In this document: one piece after another, positions 52,653-64,000 of the stretch
How the letters are laid out: each line of letters opens with the position of its first letter
Position numbering within the stretch: position 1 is the stretch's first letter
NCBI RefSeq assembly: GCF_001194135.2
Contig: NC_068984.1
Location: 90,720,223 to 90,784,222 of the forward strand
Reading direction: 5' to 3'
DNA length: 64,000 nucleotides
Origin: Octopus bimaculoides
Lineage: Eukaryota
The notes under the pieces: model-generated
The model's input: the letters and a program-made list of their open reading frames with translations, nothing else
Database searches by the model: none
Told to the model about the DNA's origin: nothing
Program-made: the position numbers and the translations under genes

Positions 52653-53959
52653 TTATAACAAGCTGATGATAAAATGTGAATCAACAAAATAAAAATTAGA
52701 TGAAACATTAAATTTGTTTAATATATGATAGTTGTTGAATAAGAGTATTTTTAGGTAACATATAGTTATACCACCCTTCATTGATCAAGATTAATATTGC
52801 TGATTATAAAAATTAGTTGCAGTCTCACAACAATGCAATGAATACTACTATACAACTATTGATATTAAAAGTAGTATTAGTAGTAATGAAAATGATTAAG
52901 GGACCTAATTTTAATTTAACTTAATTTGAGGTATATTTTGAAATCTCACTCTGAAAAATATATTTTGTCATGGATATTTGATATTAAAACCCTTCAAAGT
53001 AATTGATAATTTTATAGAATACTACCCAGAATGGTAGAAAATAAATTTTTTATTCTCCCTTATACTTTAGTTTTGACTATTAAATAATTTAGTTATGACT
53101 ACCTTCAATTTTATCACAACTGATTAAAGTTAGTATAGAAAAGTAAAACTGTTGATCCTTTGGATAAATATAACCGAACACAAAGAAAATTTCACATATT
53201 ATGAATCTAAATATATTTAGAGATGTCAGTATCCTGGTAGAAAAAGAAATTCAGCAACATGACACTTTAGGAGAAGTCAATTTGATAAGTCACCTAATTT
53301 AATACCTATACAAGCTATCTGTTAAAAGAAATGAGGAAACATATGTAAGTGCTAACACTGTAAAAAGTATCCGGTGAAGTATTATTTTCATTGTCATAAA
53401 GGAAAGTATACTAAATTTGAGGCAAAATTTTAGATCTGTATTGCTAGAGCAATGTCAAATACTAGAACTTTTGTCTGACTCTTAAGTATAGATGTTTAAT
53501 GTGAATCAAATTTTTCAAATTATGTAATTGAATTCTGTTGTGTTCTTTGGACGATCAAGATTCAAAATATATCGTTCTATTCAGTTTTTATTTTTTTATT
53601 ATTGATATGTTGCTTCAAATTCCACAATAACATTAGTTGGATTGTTTCAAAAATTTCAGCTTCTGCTTTATTACTATTTTTTACAAATCTAGTTAATATT
53701 TTAAGATGACATACAGAGTTTACTAAAGAATGGCCCAGTTAGGAGAGCTAAAAATCTAGTTAAGCAGAAGTGAATAGTAAGCTCCATAATACCAGCACAA
53801 CAGTTATGAATTTGCTTAATACTTCATTTTTTCTTTGCCAGTGAAATTCTTTACTATTAGCAAGAGTTCTCCAATTGGGTCATGCTAATTTTGCCTGCTT
53901 CAACATGCAAAGAAAAAAAAATCACTACACACATCAAGAAAATACTAGTGTACCATGAG

Positions 53960-54500
53960 CCTCCTTAAACATAAGTAGCACACAACTCAAACTCTTAAAA
54001 TCGTTTCAAATGCTAGTCCTCATCATTATTGAGAATCTCTCTTGACAAACAGATTACATTTCAAAATTGATCTTTCTCTTCAAGACCAGAAAATCCTTCA
54101 ACCTCCATCAAATAACCCTTTACAAAGCTCAGGTGAGATACATAATGGAGTACTTCAGGAATGTTTCTTCCAATCCAAACAAGCATCCTTGACTGCATCC
54201 ACAGTTGATTAAGTGGCATGAAGTCACTCACAAACACACTAACCTCTAGCCCACAGGCAACCTGTCTCCCTTCTGCTTTTTCTACTACTACTTACAATGG
54301 CCTCTGTCCCTTGGAGCTAGATGATCTTATGCCACTCCTACTCAGGCACTTTTAACTCACTCTTTTCTCTTCCCTTCATCACTCAGTGTACAATGCCCAT
54401 CTTTTCTTCTCAAAACATCAGTCCTCAGGGATTCCTTCCTTTTATATGTCATCCTGTAGGCCACAAAATAGGACTGTCAAAATCTTTATACTGTATTGTA
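53960..54500 (+). mobile_element. CR1/Jockey-like LINE RT C-terminal remnant
   Basis: TLYKAQVRYIMEYF and YNGLCPLELDDLMP in broken frames. Confidence 0.6.
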
Positions 54501-54869
54501 GTCAGATTATGTATCCAATTGTCTTAATTTAGCACCTATAACGGCTAGATGTCTTATAACGGAGGTAAAAATTTACATGAATGAAGTCATATTCTCGGAA
54601 GATTCATACAAAATATACATAAAACCTTCAATAAATAAAAAATATCTATTTTAAAAAAATGGACTGATTAAATAAATCTTTTGTAGTAAAATCTAAGTTG
54701 GCAGGCTAATGTTATCTACAATATGTAGTAAGTGTTATATTAAAGACAGCTTCAAAGAAAAATGATAAAATTGAAGAGAAACTACTAGTGCATCTTTTTT
54801 TTTTTTGTGTGTATGTCAAGAAATTGCATAAAAAAACCTGTCATTTATCTCTCTCTTGCTGATATATAA

Positions 54870-57300
54870 AAGATGGATGCTATTTATACACTGTTGATCA
54901 CAGTGCATTTCCAATTCTTTCTTGGTTGCGGCATTCTTTTCTATCTTGGCCCAAATTGTTTTATCCTCATGGATGCCGGCCAATGGCCTTTTCCAGTACT
55001 TTGGATACCACTCAGCAACTGTATGGATCTACTTAATGCTTGTGAACCTTGCGACATATCTGGATCCGCAGGACTTGTGCTTTTGGTATTGTGATCACGT
55101 TGTTCACTTTGCTTCATTCTCAAATACCCTCATCTTAGATATATACTTGCAGTGATATTCCTAGCATGGATCTTTCTATGACCTTTTATGCTTAGCCAAT
55201 TGATGTTCTTCCCTCTTCATAATAGCCCAGGTAGCACAGTACTAGTAGAGAGAATGGTATGTAGGATCTTGTCCAACTTCCAGCATATCTTTTAACAAGG
55301 TAAAACCTATTCATCTTGCCCTTATTCTCAAGATCTGAGCTTCCATTTTTTGATGCACATTTACTGTGCTCCAAGCAAATGTACTCCTTCATCTCCTTGA
55401 TTTTATCACATCTTATCTTTATTTAGCATGGTCTACATTTTCAGACTGCATATATTTTCTTTTTATGCAGTTCATTTTAAGGCCTACTACTGAGCTATAG
55501 GTGCCCAGCTCTGTCAGCATGGTCTGCAGCTGATCTGTGGTTTTGGCAATAAGTATAACGTCAACTGCAAATCAGAGGCATGTTAATAGTTCACCATTGA
55601 TGTTCATGTCTCCTCTACAGCCAATGTCTTGACCATTTCTAGACATGTGGCAAAGAGTTTTAACCCTTTTGTTACTATATTTCTGACCAAAATACACCCC
55701 TCATGAGTTTCAATTAAATTCTAAAATAATCATGAATTTAGACTAGTCTCATTAAACACCTGTAACTTTTTTATTTATCAACATATTGATGTGATATTTG
55801 GAACATAATTAAAGAAAGGGTTCTTAATCAATTCTATTGCATAATTTTTGTCTCAAAGTTTTCCACGTACTGGGGTACTGCTAGTGTCACTCACATGTAA
55901 ATATTGGTTCAGCTTCACAAATCGTACTCGCGCCATAATACTGGAAACATATTCATCGCCAAAAGATTCCTGATTGCTCCAGTAATTTGTTATTCTGGGT
56001 AACTGTCTAATACCCATAATAATATTTATGGCAAAAAATGCCAGTATTTCATCTACGGTTGCAGGAAACCACAAGCTATCTGTTTTTTCCGGCTTGTTTA
56101 CATTCTGCGTAATGGTTTGTTTCCGCAGTAATCATTTCAAACAAGCATGCTGGAAAAAATAAGAAAAAGAAGTCTAAAGGTTTCGCTTCCTGAGAAAGAC
56201 TATGGGTAGACCCTGTCTCCTCAGAAAAATTGTTAATAAAAATATTTTTTAAATCTTTACTCCATTCTGGTGTAAAATCATCCTCGCTGTCGCTGCTTTC
56301 ACTTTCGGATACAGAAATATCCGATTCATTATCGTTCACCAGGTGCTTTTGTAGCTCATTCATTCTTTTTTTCGATATCTCCATATCTTCTGTTGAAAAG
56401 CCTTCAAATTTGGAATCACTGCTTGATAGCATGAAACTCCTCTCCATCTTCAAAGTTGAAAAAAATTAACGCAGCAAAAAATGCGGAAAAAAATCTTCCA
56501 AAATTCACTGAGTTCAAATATCATGCCAAACAATGTCGGATACAATAACTCAACTGTTTGCAAAGTGAAATCAGGTGTTTTAACGAATGTACTAACGAGA
56601 TTTGGGTTCAAATATACATTTAAATAACAATGGGTACTCTCGGCCGGCTATGGCCAGGTTGGTCTTATGAACCAAAAAATTTTTCGGCCAGCTACAGCCG
56701 GGTGAGTATCGAAAGGGTTAAGGGAAAGGTATTTCCTGATTTGATGTCCTTCTCAATAGGAATTCTTACCAGTGGTGATAATAGAGCTATATCAGTGGTT
56801 CACATTTCAGAGCAGTTTGGTGTAATGTGCTTTGACTCCTTGCATCTCCATCTCAATGCTATCAAAAGCCTTTTTGTAGTTGATGAAAGTAATACACAGA
56901 GGCAGCTGGTATTGTTTCACTTGTTCTATAAGCTGTGTCAGAGTGAACAGTAAAACCTGCTTGCTCCCTTGGCTGCTGGTCATCAAGCTGTTTCAATAGT
57001 CTGGTGACAATGACCTTTGTAAACAGCTTGAAGTGGTGAGACAAGAGATGTAAAGGGTAGAGGGTTGATTATTTAGTTGAAATTGCTTCCTTCATTTTAG
57101 CAGTCCTGTTCCACTTAATCCTACATCTCAAGTTAGCAGTAGTTCAGTTCTTGTCTTGCTGGCCCACTGCTTTGATTATAAACAGTATCTGTACCAAATT
57201 ATGCATTAGGTAGAAGAGCTAATCTGATCTTTCTGATCTCTGACTTAATTTTTCTTATGCTCAATGCATTATCAAAATGAACTTCAAATAGATTATACTG
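54870..57300 (-). mobile_element. RTE LINE RT remnant, interrupted by piggyBac
   Basis: ORF 56862-57044 (FKLFTKVIVTRLLKQLDDQQPREQAGF); LSLKLFATCLEMV is restored across the TTAA; LIAKTTDQLQTML...VGLKMN near 55480-55560. Confidence 0.8.
55664..56717 (-). mobile_element. piggyBac (PGBD4-like) internally deleted element
   Basis: TTAA at 55660-63 and 56718-21; TIRs cccttttgttac and (rc) ccctttcgatac; ORFs 56076-56453 (acidic N-terminus, PLDFFFLFFP..ETNHYA) and 55853-56074 (EILAFFAINIIMG...YWS...RF..LNQYLH). Confidence 0.92.
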
Positions 57301-59177
57301 TTTTCCTGTTTTTTACAGATTGTCTACTGTCACTCATCATACATCTGTTCAATACATGTCAGTTTCAATTCACTTTTACCTTTTATTACTCACTACACTG
57401 TTTAATAACTTGAATTATTAGAATACTGAGATATAAATACTGGTTTAGAAATGCTGATATATTATTACAATATTGATATATAAACACACATCAATTAAAG
57501 TTTTCTTTCAATAATTCTGTAAAAGAAATGCATAATTTGAAAGAAGAGAGTGAAAACTAGTGTTCATAGAAGTTTAACCCTAGAAAAGGAAAATATTTGA
57601 CAATGGTTCTCTCCAAACAAAAATTTTAAGCAAGTCATAGAATTTTCAAGCAACAATTATCATTTTCTGAATGAATACATGTGAATAAAATGCATGTCTA
57701 TTACTGTTCATGATTATTGTTTTAGTATGTCAACAATCAATCACTCTAATACATTCAGTTCTTAATGCTTAAATTTCTGAAGTGGTCATCACATTCATGG
57801 TGTCACAACATAACTTAAACAGGTGTACTGAATGGTTTATCAGCATTACTTTATTATATATTATCTAAAGTAGCAACCACGGTAAGAAACACTGCATTAC
57901 TGTACTGTATTAGCTATAATGCTCAAATAAAAAATATTTAAAATATCCTTTGAAAATTCAGCATTTTCATTTCAAGGAGTATTTATTCTTAATAACTTGC
58001 TACCTGTCTTATTTGTAATACTTGAATAAATAAACTGTAGCAGAGTTTCAAATTAAATGCACTGTAATGAGGGGTGGGGAGTTAAATACAAGGGAAAATC
58101 AGCTAAAAATAAAAAGAGATTTGTTAAATAATAACAATGGGAAGGTATATTGCTAAATTAAATTATTGTAAGGAGTGTATGAAATAAAAGTCAAATTAAG
58201 GTAATTAAAAACTTGTTACAAACAACATATAAGTTTGATTATTGTCATGTATAGAGAGAGGAAAGGAATCTATGAAATGCAAAGAGGACATTGAGAGACA
58301 TGAATAAAAATGTTATATCAAAGTTTCTTGTTTAAGTCAAGAGGTTTATAAGCTGGAAAGTTAATTTTTACTTTTCATATATACTAATATTAAAGTAAAG
58401 CAACAAAATCAGAAGAAACTTTGTATGGTTTGTATTAATAGATATTACAAGACCTGTTGCATAAGATGATGCCATTAGTCATCATGCAGAAAGTTTAGGG
58501 GGAGCCTGAATATATTTTCCATTAAGATGTTTCAAGATGTTATTTAAAATGATCAATTAGTCTGAAGTTTACCAATCATACAATAAATATAATCACATGT
58601 TAATATCTTAATGTGTTGTTTTGCTACTTTTAAGTCATTTTTGATAGCTCTGGTTAAATAGCCATTTTCAAGATATAGGAAGCTGATTGAATGTTGATAA
58701 ATCGATGAATGCAGATCAATGTGCAAGTGCCTAGTTGTACCAGATTCTGCTTTCTAATGATTGATTGCCAAGGGCAATAGTTTCCAAACTCAGGACAATT
58801 AATCTAAATGAGGCAGAAACTATTTGGCTGGGGTAATGTCAGTGGCACAGCAAAGGGAGACCAGTGTCTCATGTCCCTCTTGACATGAGGCGAATCACCA
58901 CACTACACAAAAGAGAGTAGGAGCCAAGGGACAAAAATAAATAAACAAAACGAAAAAAAAAAATTTTAAATACAAAGGAAAAATAAAAACAACAACTGTT
59001 CACATCAGTTGATCTACATCATTTTCATGCTTTGTTCTGGATTGTGTCAGGAATACAAAAGTGCGTTGCATCTTTTTACTTTCAAAAACTGAATTGCTCA
59101 TCTTACTCAGAAGCTGTTTTAAAAATAAGGTGTGTGCATTGTTTTTAAATTCAAATAGTAAGCAATACACAATTGCA

Positions 59178-59222
<45 letters not shown>

Positions 59223-60008
59223 GCGACTAGCATCAGTGTCACTTGGGCTCATCACAGATTTCGCATAAGACACATGCCTGTTTGAAGAATTTCACATTTT
59301 CCCCCAATATTTCTAGCCCCAAATGGCTTATTTTTTTATATCTAGCACTACATCTTTCTCTATTTCTAAGTTAAGGGTAAAAATAAAGCAACCCTGCAAA
59401 ACACAACTGATCTTTACACACAGATGCACAGAATATCAGCAATCAAATAATGACAGCGAAGTGCACAACAAATATCAGCGATTTGACTGATGCCTGTACT
59501 TTTGACAAGAAATGTTGGTTAATCTTTTACACCTACCAGGCTTATTCGTATTAGCCAGAGTTGCTGGATAATTTTTCATTCCTTTAAGAATATTGTACAA
59601 TGGAAACTTTTCATAGATTGGAATTTAAATCCTAATCTCTATAGAAATTTATTGTTTCAAGAAAACATTGAATTTGAATTACTTTTTTAAAGTTTTATGA
59701 TTGTAGATAGCAACTCAGTCTGTATCTTCTCAGCCCAAGACAGGCACGTGTGAACAATGTAGAGAGAATGTCTGATATTTTTTGACACAGGACACCCCTA
59801 AGATGACTACCAGACGCTGAACGAAAATAAACGAACTCCGACCAGGCTTAATAAAAGGAGCCAGAGTTATTGGCTGCAATGATATACTTGAAGTCAGTGT
59901 TGGCAGAAATTAAATCAGCTTGCAAATACACGTTCACCTTACTAAATTTATACTTGGGCAAAGCCCGAATAGCCCGAGTGCCGGAGTCACCACTGATATA
60001 TGTATATA

Positions 60009-61250
60009 TTGGGTTGGCAAGAAATTTCTGTTTTTTTAGTGTGAAATAAAAGTAATTTTTTTATACAAAGAAAGAACTTTAATCAATTATATATATTTCC
60101 CATTTTGTTTGATGACCTTTTGCCATCTTTCTGGCAACTTCATGATTCTGCACTCATAGAACCTCTGGTACTTATCAGCCAAAAACTGAAGCAAGTGTGA
60201 TTTCAGGTCATCATCATAATTGAAAGTTTTACTATTCAAAGAATTTTGCAAACTTCGAAATAAATGGTAATCTGATGGTGCAAGGTCAGGGCTAAATGGT
60301 GGATGTGACATCACTTCCTAACTAAGCTCCAATAATTTTTCACAAGTTAGCAAAAAGGTGTGTGGTCTAGCGTTGTCATGTTGGAACACCATTCCTTTAT
60401 GATTTGCTAATTCTGGCTGTTTTTCTTTGATTGCTTCTTCCAGTTTCATTAGTTGTTGACAGTAAACATCTGAATTGATCATTTGGTTCCTTGGAAGCAG
60501 CTCAAAATACACAACACCTTTGTAATCTCACCAAATTGACAGCATGACCTTTTTTTGATGCAATTTAGCTTTCCATATGGTTTGTACTGGTTTATTATGC
60601 TTGGACCATGATAGTTTTGGATTGATGTTATTGTAGACAATCCGTTTTCCATGACCAGTGATGATTCCTTTCAAAAAAAGGTCGATTTCATTACGTTTGA
60701 GATGCATATCACAAATATTGATTCGTTGTGTAAAGTAAATCTCTTTCAATGTATGTGGAACCCAAATATCAAGATTCTTAACAAGTCCAAGACATTTTAA
60801 GTGATTTTCAATTGTTGTATGTGATGCATTTAACTTCTCTGCAATCTCTTGCACAGTTAATATAACAATCAGATTCAATTATGGCTTTGATTCGGTCACC
60901 ATCAACTTCAGTTGGTTGACCAGAAAGTTGGTTATCTTTGAGTGAAAAATCTTCAGAACGGAATTTTTTAAACCATTTCTGACATGTGCATTCTTTTAAA
61001 CAATAAACTCCATGAATTTCACATATCTCTTTGTGAGCCTCAACAGCTTTCTTGCCTTTATGGAAATAAAAAAGCAAAATATAGCAAAAATGTTCATTTT
61101 TGCACTCCATGTTAAAATTGACACTGAACTAAAGGCTGTAAACAAAACTATGAGCAATTTGCTTCTAAAGTAAGCTAAAAGTAATGGCTATCAAATGTCA
61201 AAAGGAAAAAATAACACTGACAAAAGTCATTCAAAAAAAATTCTAACTAT
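60009..61250 (-). mobile_element. Mariner transposon, near full-length, frameshifted
   Basis: TA plus TIR ttgggttggcaagaaa; ORFs with HTH (WFKKFRS), WVPHTL, HDNARPH and FSPDLAPSDYHLF motifs; second TIR not recognisable. Confidence 0.92.
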
Positions 61251-62304
61251 TTGCATTGACATAATACAACAGTGGGTGTGGGAGGATTCTCAGTTAAATA
61301 TTTCAAAATATGAATGGTAAACGACATTTTTGCTGCATTCATTAGCAGTTCTCAGGATGGTCTCCAGAGAACCTGCCTTAAGTAGAGAGGAAGTAAGGAA
61401 GGAAGGAAGGTAGAGAAAAAGTATGGAATTGAAGAGGGAAGAAAAAGGAGATACAGTGGGAGAAGGTATGTATATAAGGGAAAGAGAGAAGGTAGAAACA
61501 TATCAGAAGAGGGTGAAAGAAAACCAAGAAAATAAGCAAACAGGTAAATAAATAAATACATGATTAAAAGGAAATGCAAACTATAGGGGAGAAAAGTAAA
61601 ATAAGAATAAAAGGTGAAAAAAGTATAAAAAACAGATATAAGAACAAACAAAAACGAAAAAGAATGGAAAGACAATGAGGCACCAGATATAAAGTTAAAG
61701 AATCCCAGAAGGAGAATGAGAAAAGGTTAAATAGCTATGGCATTTAAGTATTTGACCACGAGTGTATTTCCAGTGATTTGGCACCAAAAAAGGTAGGGAG
61801 GTAAGCCTGACTCACACATAGATTAGTCCATAAATACATATACCTGTATATATGCATGCCCCAAAAATATTAGTAGAATAACAAAGAATATAAATAAAAG
61901 CAAACAGAATAGAGATGAGGAAAAATACAATGAAGATAGGATAAATAAGATAAAATAAAAATCATTTAAGTAAAATAAAGGTAAAGTAAAATGAGAAAAG
62001 CAAAATTACAAGATGATTACATAGATATATATATACATACACACACACACATAAATGCACACCTATACAACCACACCCATATATATAATATATATATATA
62101 TATATGAAAAGATGAGTAGAGATGGCTTTTTTTTTGGATAATTTTTATTTTAATAACAATGTCTACAGTGAGTGACACTGGTATGAGTTTCAAGCTTCAA
62201 ATAGCCGTTTTCAAACTGAAAAATGTGTTTTACTTGCTTAAAATCTTTTCTTACAAGTATACACTCAAAAAATATACACAAAAAGGGAAATAATATATAT
62301 ATAT

Positions 62305-62685
62305 AGCAATGTTAATTCTCTAAATGAAGTATTAACAGTAACTGCATGATAAAGTGTAGTATATTGCCACTTAAGTGTGGCTGACCCCTAGGGGTGGATG
62401 TTACTGTTGCTTTTAGCCCCAGGAGGACATCTCCTCCAGCTGGATTATCGACACACGACTGTGTCCTGTTTGCCAAGGGAAGTTATCCCTCTCACCACGA
62501 TCTGCAGCACGAACGGATCCGGATTTCAGGGTTATTTCCCTTCGTCGGCGTTCGATAGCTGCTGACCTTGGTGAGAGAGACAAAAACCTGGCAATCTTAT
62601 ATCTACTTTTCCAGTGAAATTCTTCACTGATATCGAAAAGGTGAAAACAAGCAATGTTAATTCTCTAAATGAAGTATTAACAGTA
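62305..62685 (-). mobile_element. HHR family-1 unit (copy A): 345-bp monomer plus perfect 36-bp terminal repeat, within (TA)n
   Basis: agcaatgttaattctctaaatgaagtattaacagta at 62305-62340 and 62650-62685; TA runs on both sides; homologous to 12682-13309. Confidence 0.85.
62504..62562 (-). ncRNA. Type I hammerhead ribozyme (family 1, copy A), U4->C variant
   Basis: - strand: gcagc ua u CGAACG CCGACGA AGGG aaauaa CCCU GAAA UCCGGA UC^ CGUUCG u gcugc; perfect stems; palindrome AUCCGGAU; AUC triplet. Confidence 0.82.
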
Positions 62686-63153
62686 TATATATATATATAA
62701 GCATGTGTGTATAAGAAGAGAAAAAATAAGTAAATGAAATAAAGATAAGACTGCTAGTAATTGAGAATGGAGGGGAAAGGAAAGTTAATAAAGAAATGGA
62801 ATATTTTGGAGTGGTCAGTATTGATGACTGGTGGGGTGCCTACTGATTTGAGGCTACCTATTCAGTTCTCACACATGGTATGGTGTACACAGACACATAC
62901 ATATACTAATATACGTACACACCTTTTAACCCTTATACCTCTGCATGTACACACATATATGCATAAACACATACACACACACACACATCTGTACATATAC
63001 ATATATACAAATATATGCATATACATACACACATACATAACTGTACTAACATGCTCATACACACATATATACACACACACACATACGCCCCCCCCCCAAC
63101 ACAAACATAAGAGGGTGTACATCCATACACACACACACATTCATCTATATACA

Positions 63154-63808
63154 CATCATCATCATTTAACGTCCATTTTCCATACTGGCATGGGTTGGAT
63201 GGTTTGACTGGTGACTGGCAAGCCAGGAGGCTGCACCAGGCTCCAATCTGATCTGGCAAGGTTTCTACAGCTGGATGCCCTTCCTAATGCCAACCACTCT
63301 GAGAGTACAATGGGTGCTTTTTACATTCCACTGGCACAGGAGCCAGTCAGGTGGCACTGGCATCAACCCATGCTTGAATGGTGCTTATTACGTGCCACCA
63401 GCACAGATGCCAGTCAGGTGGCACTGGCATGGGCCACAACTACAATTTCCATTTTGATTTTGATCTTGATTTGATATTACTTGACTCAATAGGTCTTCTC
63501 AAGCACAGTGTATCAGACGATGAGTCCAGGGTACTTTCAAATGGGCCGGTTATGCGACACTGGTATAGGTTATGCCTGTGATCTCACTATACTTGCTTGG
63601 TCTTCTCAATCACAGCATATCTCCAAAGGTCTCGGTCTCTTGTCATTCCCTCTATGAGGCCCAACGTTCAAAGGTCGTGCTTCACCACCTCTACCCATGT
63701 CTTCTTGGGTCTCCCTCTTCCATGGGTTCCTACCACTTCTTCACACAGCTCTCCTCATCCATATCCAGTACATGACCATACCAACGCAGTTGTCTCTCTT
63801 GTACACCA
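63154..63808 (-). mobile_element. RTE LINE extreme 3' end plus 3'-UTR with (GAT)n tail
   Basis: ORF 63730-63948 contains QERQLRWYGHVLDMDEESCVKK; UTR matches 47634-49320. Confidence 0.8.
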
Positions 63809-63817
63809 TACATACAT

Positions 63818-63853
<36 letters not shown>

Positions 63854-64000
63854 GGAGAGGGAAGAAAAGAGAGAAAAAACACCTGCATATAACTTTTGGT
63901 TGCATAAAATAGTACATAAAAGTGTATATAATGATATGTAGTTTTCAATATTCAGGCAGTGTTTGGTTGGTGTCTTTCTGTGGATTGTTGGGATAGTAGT

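Noticed and set aside
59537-59581. Possible upstream exon of the - strand gene (MKNYPATLANTNKP, phase-compatible gtaggt donor)
   Set aside because: Weak acceptor and no homology support; needs RNA-seq.
59770-59995. GC-richer segment ending in a CAGTGG-type terminus (rc) with gcccga repeats
   Set aside because: No matching second terminus or TSD found; probably a DNA-transposon end fragment.

Overview
AT-rich, repeat-dense animal genomic DNA, most likely octopus (inferred from the SINE/LINE and microsatellite content; not verified). One 643-nt assembly gap (1316-1958). Host genes: (1) CDK20/CCRK on the + strand, 8 GT-AG exons from 5712 to 21385 giving 290 in-frame residues plus stop; about 50 N-terminal residues are not visible. 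(2) A convergent - strand gene with two supportable exons (52503-52630 and 41207-41275) that I cannot name. The rest is a fossil record of transposons: Penelope-like GIY-YIG, RTE and CR1/Jockey-like LINEs, mariner x2, Tc1, pogo, piggyBac and its MITEs, Chapaev3-like x2, and SINEs. The main unexplained signal is five type I hammerhead ribozyme (HHR) folds with short palindromic stem III. One lies downstream of the Penelope-like endonuclease. Four lie in two families of non-coding ~340-360 bp units that carry terminal redundancy, partial tandem copies, inversions and (TA)n adjacency. This looks like a retrozyme-like system possibly mobilised by Penelope-like elements. One HHR (12344-12396, - strand) has a fully intact core. 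No prokaryotic features or CRISPR arrays are present.
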